Source: Welwitschia mirabilis (lineage: Eukaryota). Taken from it: DNA of 32,279 bases. Location: positions 30,691,435-30,723,713 of the forward strand of contig JBOZIK010000001.1 in assembly GCA_051453625.1 (NCBI GenBank), written 5' to 3'. Of this stretch, positions 1 through 12,019 are shown piece by piece (positions within the stretch are counted from its first letter, which is position 1; every line of letters begins with the position of its first letter). The notes beneath the pieces are model-generated. The model worked only from the letters and a program-made list of their open reading frames with translations, had not been told where the DNA came from and did no database searches. Both the position numbers and the translations under genes were made by a program.

Positions 1-862
1 TATCTAAAAACAGTCGACATCAGTGTGCATGCAGATTACAGACAGACAAAGTGGAAGCAAACTAAGTTAACTTATTATAAAACCATGTCGTCCCCTAAAT
101 CCTCTGGACGACAACCAGGATGACACTCCCCTCTGACACTTTCACAGATTATATTCCCAAGTTGTCGCTTGTTTATTGCGACTTTCCCTTTTCTGTTAGC
201 TATAGTTTATATTATGCTTTTCTGTTAGTCATNNNNNNNNNNNNNNNNNNNNNNNNNNNNNNNNNNNNNNNNNNNNNNNNNNNNNNNNNNNNNNNNNNNN
301 NNNNNNNNNNNNNNNNNNNNNNNNNNNNNNNNNNNNNNNNNNNNNNNNNNNNNNNNNNNNNNNNNNNNNNNNNNNNNNNNNNNNNNNNNNNNNNNNNNNN
401 NNNNNNNNNNNNNNNNNNNNNNNNNNNNNNNNNNNNNNNNNNNNNNNNNNNNNNNNNNNNNNNNNNNNNNNNNNNNNNNNNNNNNNNNNNNNNNNNNNNN
501 NNNNNNNNNNNNNNNNNNNNNNNNNNNNNNNNNNNNNNNNNNNNNNNNNNNNNNNNNNNNNNNNNNNNNNNNNNNNNNNNNNNNNNNNNNNNNNNNNNNN
601 NNNNNNNNNNNNNNNNNNNNNNNNNNNNNNNNNNNNNNNNNNNNNNNNNNNNNNNNNNNNNNNNNNNNNNNNNNNNNNNNNNNNNNNNNNNNNNNNNNNN
701 NNNNNNNNNNNNNNNNNNNNNNNNNNNNNNNNNNNNNNNNNNNNNNNNNNNNNNNNNNNNNNNNNNNNNNNNNNNNNNNNNNNNNNNNNNNNNNNNNNNN
801 NNNNNNNNNNNNNNNNNNNNNNNNNNNNNNNNNNNNNNNNNNNNNNNNNNNNNNNNNNNNNN

Positions 863-954
<92 letters not shown>
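863..954. repeat. Compound microsatellite (TA)n-(GA)n next to an assembly gap
   Basis: Pure TA run at 863-912 and GA run at 921-954. The TA run abuts the N gap at 233-862. Confidence 0.98.
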
Positions 955-956
<2 letters not shown>

Positions 957-2829
957 ATTGACCATAATCTATTATATCAATGCTAAATTACATGATCATC
1001 ATGATGTTATATCGCACTAGAAAAATTTTTCCAAAATTAATTTTTGACAGTGTTAGTAGCTATGGAAAATCACTGGGGGATTAGTTGGTCATGCTTCATA
1101 GGTCCTTACTTTGCTAAATATGGTTGCACACACCTCATCATGAAAAGTAGTAATGAAACTTTGAGGCTATAGGATCAGTGGTATTCTTGATATCATTAGA
1201 GGCATTACTTCTTTCCTAGACTCTTAGTATTCTCACATGATCATTTCACTTTTGAGGATTTGGATGTGTTTTGGGGTGTGAATAGGTCAGTTCATTTCTG
1301 AGTAGCTTTTAGTCTTATCATTTATTATTTTAAGCACTTGATCTTTGGTGTCATCATAATATATACCTTTTCAATTTAAACTTTATAAAGTCAATACATT
1401 TTTTCATGCATCTTTACTTAAGTGGCTTTATGATGTCTTCTGAGGGGGTTTACTAGGTTAGAATTTAGGGTAGGTAAACTATCTTCTTCATGGTCTTAGT
1501 GTCCATTTTCATACTTTTTTTCTTTGGTTCTCTAGTTTATTAGTTTTAAAGTCATTTTCATACTTTTTCATTATCATTTTTAGAATCTTATCATTTGATA
1601 GTTTCCTTGTTCTTATTTTCATTTTCACTTGCATTGTTTAATCAATAAACATTGACTTTCTCTAAGCATTTTAACTAGATGATCTTCTCTTATTCTTATA
1701 TAATTTTATTTATAATTTTTATGAAATTCCTTTGAGTCTTTTGGGGTTCTATGTATTTTTATGATTATTTTTTTATTTCAAGCACATTTGTTCAATTTTT
1801 TTATTAGGCTTTATCGTATTTAGTGCATTTTTATCATCCTATCTTTTGGTTCTTTTTAGTCTTCCTTATTCTATATTCTTATTCATCATAATTCTTTACC
1901 CTTCCCTATTTTTTAAGTTTTTTGATAAAATCTAATACCTTGATGCTGATATCTGAGCCTAACTTGTTTGGTTGATAAATTCATTTTTCTAAACTTTTTT
2001 AAAGTGCTATCATCTACTAGGTCATTCAAATGACAAGGCAGATAATAGTTGAGATTTGTCTAATATTTGTCCTAAGGTTTTCATCCAGATGATATGTTAG
2101 ATGATAGTGCAATAAAAACGCAATCATGATTCTTTTCTCTTATTTTTCTTCATTTCTCTATTGTTTTCATTTGTTCCTTTGAGAGACAACTATCACTTTG
2201 GTATCTACTAATATTTTGAAACTTTCCTTAATGAGATTAATCCTCTAAATTATGAGTTTTGAAAGAACTTGTCAAAATGAGGTATGTTTTTCTCTCCCTT
2301 ATTATTTTTTATTTTTTATCTCATTTTTGAGTCTTTCAGCATGTATTTTTCATATATATCACTTAGTTTTTTATGCTCTTCAATTTGGTACTTACAGATC
2401 TGATTTTCACTACATATTTTCTAAGATATCTTAATTTGTTTGTTTTATGAGGTAAAATTAGATTTTTAACTTTAAACCTTATTTTCTTTAAAATTGTAAG
2501 TTGAAACAAAATGGTTATTTAGGGTAATTAATTAGTACAATGAATTCTACCATTCCACTGAATTAGATTTTTGATTTGAGCATTTTTATTTTTGACCTTT
2601 TATGGGGCCTGCTTGTTTTACACATTTTGACTTTTTCTTATGTTTCACATTTTTATTCACATAATTAAGTAATATGGAATGTATTCATTCTCTTTTGTTT
2701 AGGGGAGAGGGGAAGGGGGAGGACATATTTTTACAATTTTTACACATAAAAAACCAATTTTTTAAGTCATTTGGAGCTTCCACAAGACAAATTTTAACTA
2801 CTTTTACTTGATCTTATGTGATGTATTTT

Positions 2830-3870
2830 GCATTTGTGATAGATTAGGTCATGTACATGATGAGTAAGATAACCTAAGATTGAGGCCAAGGTAGTAGAAT
2901 AGAAGGCAGATCCATTAGTATTATAGAGATTGAATGGATAGAGTCAATCCACCCTCCACCTTGTTAGGCTTAGTCTCTATCCATTTAGATAGCTTCCATT
3001 TGAGTAGAGAGATATTTCAGTGGTTTCATGAGTTAATTAGTGCTAAAGATAGACCAAAGACTAATAAATCTATAACTTAGATGGGTTATAGATGCACATG
3101 ATATATATTATCCTTAAAGCTAGAGAGTTTTATGACACTATACATATAGAAAGGCATTTTCATGCTTGTGACTGTCTAGTTAATATAATCATAGCTACCA
3201 TTTGTGGCCTTGAGATATTAATTTTCCTAAGCTACATCACTACTATACTAATTTTGGTGGCATTCAGAGTATACATATCTACTCAATTAGTGGTATAGAA
3301 AAGGGTCATACTTATGGCACAACATTTGATATATAAGTCGATTTGATTAGTAATAGGTAAGGATTTTTGATGATACAGTTATTACTTGCCTATTAGATTC
3401 TTCATAGAGGATTAACTCACAACATCAACCCTTTCTTCCACAATAGTTATGTTATGGTTACTTACATTCAAATGCTAGTAGTATTTAGATAGAAGAAATA
3501 GATGGATTTACCAAACTTTATTTGAAGGAGACTTAGAAGCATGACTGAGGCACGATAGTTATAGACTTTGGAATACCCTTGCCTTTTCTTATCTATGTTT
3601 AGACACTTCAGTATATCTAAGCCTATGGATGAGTATAGATTCATGCATCTTTAGACTTTATCTTGTTACTTATAGGGCATGGGTAATTAGATACGAGGAG
3701 AGGCAGAAAGACCTCAGTTATAGAGATCTTCAGTTTGTATTACTATTGAGAAGATTCAAGTTCTTCTAGTAGATACAGTATAGGTCATTAGATAGATAGT
3801 ATACTGAGGTATTTCCACACTTGAAAAGGGGATCTTTATGGTTGAGAAGAGAAGAGATTTTAGCACATAA
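2830..3870 (+). pseudogene. Decayed env-like/accessory ORF2 of Athila-like element A
   Basis: Coding-like composition between two purine tracts (2701-2722 and 4246-4255). Translation near 3565-3640 gives LEYPCLFLSMFRHFSISKPMDE, resembling the L-x-Y-x-x-L-x-x-x-F-x-H-F motif of Athila env-like proteins. Many stops; boundaries approximate. Confidence 0.5.
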
Positions 3871-4546
3871 ATGGGAAAATAACTAATATGTGATAGTGCA
3901 TATTATGCATTAAGCATGGTGTGAGAGTTGACCTCCTAAAGGTAGTCAAAGTACATGGAGATGAAATAACATACTCCATTATGACATTACTTGATCATTG
4001 TTTCCTCGCAGATCCTAAGCATCCATTTCTTCTCCACCTGTACCTAAGTCTGCTATGCATTAAGAATTCATTTTGACATAATAAGGGAAGTGATTTACAG
4101 ACATATCATTTTTTAAGTATCATTATGATGATCATTTTTATTGCTAAGATATTATACACATATTTTACATATCATTTTTAACATTTCATGATGAGGATTT
4201 TTCTTATATTATACATGATTACTTTTTAATATTTATTGTACATTTGAGTGGGGGATGTTAATATTGCTACATTTTGATGTTTATCTTTCTAAAAAAAAAT
4301 TCATAGACTTATATTTTTTAAGAATAATTTTTAAACCTATCATTCTCTCGATCATCTGGATGATCACGAAGATGATAGTATGGCTACTTATATTACAGAA
4401 TTGAAACATTTAGTTATTTATTTTTGACATTTCTATTGTGCATTGTGAGATTCTCGAGGTTATTTTTGAGTTTATCCCTAACTGATTTATCTTTATCTAA
4501 TTTGGCTCACAATCATGATTTTCACCTAGTTTTGTCACGGACTAAT

Positions 4547-4565
4547 AAGGTTAAGTGGGGAACTA
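4547..4565 (+). promoter_or_regulatory. Polypurine tract of element A
   Basis: aaggttaagtggggaacta lies directly before the LTR and matches the PPT of B (aaggctaagtggggggcta on the minus strand). Confidence 0.85.
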
Positions 4566-5841
4566 TATTGCACTATTAAATTGTATGTATTTAATAGTGT
4601 ATTTTGAGTTATTTTATAGGAAATTACATAAATTTATATTAAGTTTTGATGATAATGGATAGATAAGGCAAATATCACAAAAATATGCAATCTTTATAAC
4701 CTTTGATAGCAATTTAGGCAAAATACAATATTTTCTATCTAAACTAGCAACCTTGTAATTGAAGAGATTGATCTAATGCAAGAAACATCTTTAGAAAGCC
4801 CATCATTTACCTTATTTTTTGGATGATCATATGGATGATAGAAGAACTCATGCTGACTAGGATGCTTACTAAACTAATGTAGCAGCTAATGTGGATCCTA
4901 TATATTATGGCATCATCCCCTGTGACCTCTGGATGACTAGCAAGATGATGCCTAAGTATAACTCTTCACTAAACTTCATTAAACTTTTACCATGTATCCT
5001 GCACCTTCTTGCTCAGATATTAGGATTTTATTGTGTCTATTAGTGTTTTTTGTATTTAGAATTTGTGTTTATAATAAATACCTTCTTTTTCCTTGATCCT
5101 AAGTTTATCTGTTTTAGCACTATAAATTCTTTTGATAGGAGATCAAAGAGTAGGAGATCCATTCCTTGTTGTTGTAGAGAGATGTTTTTCTTAGCGTTGA
5201 GCTGTGTATCCTTCATTGAGGTAATACTACTTTTTAACATGAATGTTAATTTGACTGAATTAAAACTCTATTTTTCTTTTCATATCATTTGTTATTTGCA
5301 TCTCCCTTATGATTTATACTTCTTATAATTTCGTGACAGCTTCATCTATGATATAGATCATAAGGGAAAACTTTTTTAAGATGGATATTATTAGTTTAGG
5401 AGCATTTCATTTCATTTCCTAGATTAATTTTGCATTGTTTTTATATTCTATTCAATGCACCTAATAGCTTAGGTTGGTCTTGATTTAGTAACAAGTTTCC
5501 TTAATTAATCTAGGTTATACAAGGTCAATCTCCATAATAGGTTGATTTGGTTATCGAATAGATGTTTCACTTAGCTTAGATTTTACATTCCATTTTCATA
5601 TTATTTTCATTTGTATTATTACTTTGCGTTGTTATTTTGTTCTACCTAGCAATTACATAAGTATTTTGTTTTAAATTAATTCTCTTTCTTCTTATGTATG
5701 CATTTGATGGAAATATGACATTTGTGTTACTTCCATTTATATTAGTGTGTTGTATTGTGTAATATATATATATATATATATTTTGGTGATTTTTAAGATT
5801 TTTTTGAGGATGTAATATTTGCACAAATACACATCATAACA
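4566..5841 (+). repeat. 3' LTR of element A (~1276 bp)
   Basis: Starts tattgcacta (B: tgttgcacta) and ends cacaaatacacatcataaca (C: cacaaatacacactacaaca). Collinear with 26855-28116, e.g. shared tgttgtagagagatgt...tgtgtatccttcattgaggt. Confidence 0.88.
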
Positions 5842-6840
5842 AGTTACATATACAAGTTTAAATGATGTTTATTTGGTGGCAACTTTATAACTTATTCTAT
5901 ATATTCATAATGCATAGGTTAGTTTCTCATGCTGGATCCTTAAGTTTGCTTCAACTAGCATTTTAAGTAATTTGAGAATTGTTTTGTATGTTGATTCTAC
6001 CTATCCATTGACTTGGGAGTATCTTAAAAAATAAAATAAATGTTTGACTTCAAATTTTTATAGAAAATCACTTAATTCATTAGATTTGAATTGTGGACTC
6101 TTATTACTTGTGACTACATAAGAGGATTCAAATCTCAGAAAGATATGATTAGATATGAAGTTTTTGATTATTTTTATTATGATAGACCTAAGTGGAACTA
6201 CCTATTCATTAACTTGGGAGTATCTTAAAGAAGAAAATAAATGTTTGACTTCAAATTTTTATAGAAAATCACTTAATTCATTAGATTTGAATTGTGGACC
6301 CTTATTACTTGTGACTACATAAGAGGATTCAAATCTCAAAAAGATATGATTAGATATGAAGTTTTTGATTATTTTTATTGTGATAGACCTAAGTGGAACT
6401 ACCTTAACCCATTTAAAGTATTCAGTTGTAGTAATGATAAATGTATGTGATCTAGAAGATGGTGGTTGGATTGAATCTATTAGATCCATATCCAATTTCT
6501 TAAATACCTAGATTGAATCGATTAAAAATAATTCATTTGAAGACTTATATAAAGGTGTGGTTTGTGGGGTGAGAAGGAGTGTAAAAATTTTAATATTTCT
6601 GACACTTTTATACATGATTCTTATAATCTTGATTTAATGTTTTCTAGAAATATCTTGATTAGATGATATGATGAGCCAAAGTGTAATGACTTTAATGTGA
6701 TTTTCAAATTCTCACATAAGATTCTTTTAGGATTTTGGATGCTTTTTTAGAATTCATACATCTTAGCAAAATTCCATAAAATGATTTCTTAAAAAGTTTA
6801 CTTGATATGAGTGTGTACTTGGTTTCTATTTATTTAAATA
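5842..6840 (-). pseudogene. Integrase (HHCC zinc finger plus rve core), decayed
   Basis: MDLIDSIQPPSSRSHTFIITTTEYFKWVKVVPL...IFLRF...SNKGPQF (ORF 6259-6495) corresponds to the D-L-I-G-P...A-T-D-Y-F-T-K-W-V-E...D-N-G-x-Q-F core. YAL*IYRISYKVATK*TSFKLVY at 5845-5915 corresponds to ALWAYRT...TPFxLVYG. Confidence 0.9.
5997..6404. repeat. 201-bp tandem duplication inside integrase
   Basis: 5997-6197 and 6198-6398 are nearly identical. The hexamer ctacct occurs at 5997, 6198 and 6399. Confidence 0.95.
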
Positions 6841-7049
6841 TTTTCCTTTGATCTTTGTTAAAGTTTGTTGGATTGGCTCGGTCTTATAGATACTTGATCA
6901 TTTTTTAGATTTATGAATTTAGCTCTTCAAGATTAGAGATGATTTTTAACAGTTTAGCTACCTTAGTGGGTGTTATTTGATGGGATTCAAGATACAATGG
7001 TTGGTTAATCTCTTCTTGGAATATGGAATTTAGAATGTATGTATCCTTA

Positions 7050-7374
7050 ATATAGCAACTTACTAGATTTGAAAATTGGTTGTTCTATTCTCCGCTCTAG
7101 ATATGATAGCTAGTTGACATCCTTTAAAATTCTAGATTAAAGTTTTGATTAGTTTTAAGTATTTTCTTAATGTCTCTAAGTTTTTTTGATAGTTTTTTAT
7201 ACCTAGTTGGCTATGAGTTGAGAATTATCAAATATCCTAATTTTATAAAATCTTGATTTTAATGTAATGGATTCATATTCTATAATGTTATTTATGTAAT
7301 AAAAGTTGATTTGTAGTGAGAGGGGTAAAACTAATTTGTTTTGTAGAAAAGAAAACTATTACTATTCTAGAATC
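7050..7374 (-). pseudogene. Additional (archaeal-type) RNase H domain, aRH; its N-terminal part falls in the gap 7375-7829
   Basis: NNIIEYESI...IFDNSQLIAN*V...RAEN matches the TNNxAEYEA...GDSxLVxxQV...RxxN motifs. Confidence 0.75.
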
Positions 7375-7829
7375 NNNNNNNNNNNNNNNNNNNNNNNNNN
7401 NNNNNNNNNNNNNNNNNNNNNNNNNNNNNNNNNNNNNNNNNNNNNNNNNNNNNNNNNNNNNNNNNNNNNNNNNNNNNNNNNNNNNNNNNNNNNNNNNNNN
7501 NNNNNNNNNNNNNNNNNNNNNNNNNNNNNNNNNNNNNNNNNNNNNNNNNNNNNNNNNNNNNNNNNNNNNNNNNNNNNNNNNNNNNNNNNNNNNNNNNNNN
7601 NNNNNNNNNNNNNNNNNNNNNNNNNNNNNNNNNNNNNNNNNNNNNNNNNNNNNNNNNNNNNNNNNNNNNNNNNNNNNNNNNNNNNNNNNNNNNNNNNNNN
7701 NNNNNNNNNNNNNNNNNNNNNNNNNNNNNNNNNNNNNNNNNNNNNNNNNNNNNNNNNNNNNNNNNNNNNNNNNNNNNNNNNNNNNNNNNNNNNNNNNNNN
7801 NNNNNNNNNNNNNNNNNNNNNNNNNNNNN

Positions 7830-9400
7830 TTAACATTTTTAGAATAATTAAAATACATGGTTACATTCTAGTTTTCTACTACTTAATCTGGGAATTTATC
7901 ATTAGTACTTGATGGTAGATCTAGTTTCCTATGAAATTTAACTAACTGATTACTAATGCATTAACCTTTGATTAATTTTTAAGGGGTGAATTCAAGATCA
8001 AATTTAGCTAACATGGATACCCATCTAGTTAATCTTATGTTTTCATTTGAGAATTCTAAGAGATATTTAAGGACATTTTAATTTCTAATGATATAGGTTT
8101 TGTTATTAATCATGTAATGTCTAAATTTGTGTGATGCAATTACTAGAGCAAGACAGATATTTTTTACATTTGAATAATTGATCTCCTGTTTATGTAGAGT
8201 TGGCTAATGTAGTAAACTAGGTGATCCATGTGAGATAGATCTCATTGTATAATTATTAAACTTATAGCTTTATTATTATGTGTCATGTATAGATGAAATG
8301 AAAATTTTGGGTTTGGTGGGATTAAGATTAGAGGGTTCATCAAGAATTATTTAATTTAATCTAGTGCATCTTGGTAGTTTTAATTCCATTCAAATTCCAT
8401 ATCCTTTTTGAATAGACATAAAAATGGTTGACATTGATCTGTTAGTGAAGAGACGAATTTTTAAATGGATTGGAGTATTTCTCATAAGCCTTATAATTTT
8501 AAAATGTATTTAGGTGGTGAAATGTTTGGAATAGCTTGAATTTCTTTAGTGTCGACTGCAATTTCCCTTTCTAATACTATAAAACTTAGTAGTTTATAAG
8601 ATGGTACTTCAAAGCTACATTTTTTTAGGGTTGAAACAGAGATTAAATTTGCTAGCTATTTAAAATATTTTATTGAGATGATCTGGGTGATCTCTTATCT
8701 TCTTTTACTTAATCACTAGGTCATCAATATAATCTTTAGCCTCTTAAAGCATGAAATTGTGAAAGATGTATATCATAGCTCTCTATTAAGTTGTCTTAAC
8801 ATTTTTAAATCCAAATAGCATTATAATATAACAAAATAAACCCCATAATGTGATGAATGTCATCTTGAGTTGATCTTTAGGTTGGATGAAAATTTGATTA
8901 TAGTTTGAGTACACATCCATGAAAAATAGAATCTCATGTGAGCCTTGGCTTTAATTTTTGAACCTTTTGTTTTACTATAATTATCCCTAGTTCGATAATT
9001 ATGTTGTGCATTACTACGTTTTTATATAACCCAGACATGTCTTTATAATACCATGTGAAAACATGTTTTTTTTTTTTTTATTAAGACTTTTTCTAGACAT
9101 TTTTTGACATTTTGATCTATGTGATCACTAATCTTCAAGACCTTTTCTAGATATTATGGATCAATCCTAAAATCATAAGTGTGAATTTGTTTTTCTTAGG
9201 ATAAAAATGATTTGCCTTTATAAATATTTTTCTCTTGTTTAATGGGTTTATATTCTTTTTCTTCTATCTCTTATTAATTTAATGCTCCCTCTCCTTATGA
9301 TAAAGGAAATAAGTTTGATGAAGGATTAATCATATCTAAGTTAAGATTCCTTACAACTTATTTTCTATGATAATGGAAGGTTAAAGTCTAGTTTTTCATT
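7830..9400 (-). pseudogene. Reverse transcriptase plus RNase H, decayed, with an internal deletion
   Basis: VFTWYYKDMSGL...VKQK, then MDVYSNYNQI...KMTFITLWG, and YIDD at 8720-8731. RNase H motifs CLALVIASHKFRHY...LKYLL...RWVSML lie at ~8000-8160. Confidence 0.9.
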
Positions 9401-10346
9401 GATTTAAGTTCACGTGTCTTCATTCTTGCTATAAGCATAGTGTCAGATCATTAGTCTTGTACCCATGAAAAGTTTTCAATATTGGTATACAGATAAATCA
9501 ATAAACTTAGGGCCCAATCATGAAAATTAAAACAAGTGAATAGGATTATCACACATTAATTTATCATTATTATTATTTAAATGAAATGTCCCTTTTATAC
9601 TTAATAAAATTAATGGATTATCTTTTATTTTAAAAAATTGACATAATGGATTTAGGATTGCCTCTTAGTGTTTTCTTTCTTTCTTTCTTTCTTTTTTTTT
9701 ATTGCAAAATCACAAAGGAGAGGGTTATTATTTTACCCCTCTTCTTTTGGGGAGGAGGGGGAGGCCTTAAGGATAATGCCTCTTCTTTTTTTAACCATTC
9801 ACTTTGATTGTTCTTTTAACATGTTAGTATGAAATAAGGGAAAGAATACAAAATTATTTAGAGGACACTCACATATAACTTATTGATGGAAAGGGTTTTA
9901 AGGGAACAAAGAATGAAAACAACTATGATAGAAGGTGCAGTGAAGGAGAAACATGATGGGTAAGTCCATTGTTTCAAAGTCATTACTTCTCATTGAATGA
10001 GTTTTTATGACATACGTGATTCTTTCTTTCATTTTTTAGCTACGTTTTTATCTTTTTTAGAGTTGATTTCTGCCTAGATTTTGGATTTTTTGGGTTATTT
10101 TTTTAGTACAATATCTTTGTGCTTTGCCCTTTTTCAAATTTACTATGAAATCTTCTCTATAATATCAAAGTTTTATTTTATTTCTAGGATTCTTTTTAAA
10201 GCTATTTTTGGCTACATTTTGCATTTTTTTTTAAAACTTACTATTGATTTCATTTTGAAATGGTTATGTCATTATTAATTTTTTGTAGCCTAAAGAACCA
10301 AATTTCAGAGTTGAGAACTGAGAGTTTCTAGCTTCTATCTTCTCTT

Positions 10347-11600
10347 ATGTTAAGATCACAACATGGGGAGACTGAGAGCACTAGTGTTGGGACCTTTATA
10401 AGGTTAAAAACTAAATTCGCAAAGAGAGTCACAGGGCAGAGGAATTCTAGGAAAGCACAAAATCCAGAGAATGAAGATCTTTTTTGTGTTGGTTTAAAAC
10501 CTAGAATTGGGATAGAGGAATTAAGACATTCAATTAAAAAGCCAAAGAGAAAGTGAATTTGAAGAGCTCAAGATCAATTTCAGGAATGAAGAAGAGCTAT
10601 TAATAACAACTAAGAATTTTCTAAAACAATGCCAGAGTAGCATTGTCAAATGTAAGAAGGAAAGTGGTCTAGAGGAAAATAAAGCACTAAGGCAAAAGGT
10701 GTCTAACTTAAAATAAATGAGTTAATTTAGTGACTTGATTTTTTATAGAGAGATGAGAGCTTAGTTTCTTTACTAAAGAAGCAAGGTGTGTATAAAATTA
10801 TTTCCTACTCTTTTATTGAAGTGGATCATTCTTTGGTTTATGACATGATTAGGGGTTTCAATATAAACAAACTTGTATTTTCTTTTTATTTTAATGGGAA
10901 ACCCATGCAAACACCTTTAGTATGCTTAAAAAAATTATTTGACCTCAAATGTAATGGGAAAATTATCAAATAAATTCCATATCAATCTTCCAATCCTACG
11001 CAAAAGGTTAATGGGAATTAGAGAATCCTTATCTCAAAAGATAATATCATACAAATATTTCTCTCTATTGGAAATGTTTATTTCAAGGGTTTTTTAGTAG
11101 TAAGAAGGAGTTCAATTTTTCCTTTGGCATTGTGGTATGATATTTTGACATCAAATGTAGAGTTTAAGTGGTGGACTTTCTTAAAGAATAGAATAGTTAG
11201 TATGCTTAAATTAGCTCTAAATGCCTCTACCTTATCTTTTAATTATGATTGGCATTTAATGGTTCTTGTTTTACTTCATGTTAGGGATTTTTCAATGAAA
11301 TATAATTGTACTTTGGGCTCAAATTTTAATGCCCTTTAGAAAGGCTTGCTTTTTTATTTTCAAACTTAAAAGGATTACAAGATGATGATAAGAAGGCTCA
11401 AGAGGGGAATGATGATATTGATGGAAATATCACCATTAACACATTGGATTGCATTTCCTTAGATCAAATCAAGAGGATTCTCAAGGGATTTGAAGATCAA
11501 GCAACTTGCATTGAAAAGAAGAAACTAGTGGTTTAGTTCTTAATAGCCATTTTAGAAGTAATGGACATGATTCAAGCCTTAAAGATGATGAATAATTAAC
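10347..11600 (+). pseudogene. Antisense accessory ORF 1 (~415 codons): coiled-coil N-terminus plus a PMD/plant transposon protein-like domain
   Basis: ORF-track pieces 10347, 10788 and 11124 share one frame. 10558-10740 is bridged by a mostly open +1 frame. LLKKQGVYKII...DHSLVYDMIRGFN...FNGKPMQTPLVCLKKLFDLKCNGKI resembles PMD (PF10536) or Transposase_32-type proteins by eye. Confidence 0.6.
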
Positions 11601-12019
11601 GTAAGATTCTTTAGGGAGGATAGACAATGTTCTAAATATTGTAATAGAGTTAGATATTTATGGATTTCTTTGTGCCATCTTCAACCTTTATCACGATTTT
11701 GTGTGGTGTTATATATAGATAGTTTATTTTCTTTTCGGTTGTTGTAATTTTCATGTTTCTCTTAGTGAGCTATTAGAATGTATTAATGTTTCTTTCTTTC
11801 TTTCTTCATTTCTTTCTTTATTATTTTAAGTGAAGAAAAATAAGGAAAAATATCATGTGAAAGGTGCATTTAGCCATCATGCATTACTCATCAAGAATGA
11901 AAATGTTGCAAGTAATTTTTCTAATTTTTAATTCCTTTCTTTCACTTTTCTTATCTTGTTATTCTTATGTATTTTAAAGGCCAACATTTGATTTGTTTTA
12001 ATTCTTATATGTTGGAGGA

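Larger units (their letters stand above)
1..5841 (+). mobile_element. Element A: 3' portion of an Athila-like Ty3/Gypsy LTR retrotransposon (5' part lies outside the window)
   Basis: A PPT at ~4547-4565 is followed by an LTR homologous to the LTRs of B and C. 990-1310 and the pre-PPT sequence are homologous to the internal region of B. A family palindromic motif is already present at 86-128. The left boundary is not visible. Confidence 0.75.

Noticed and set aside
120-986. Long ORFs spanning N runs (also 7288-7912, 12510-12901 and 20127-20427)
   Set aside because: They are open only because of Ns and microsatellites.
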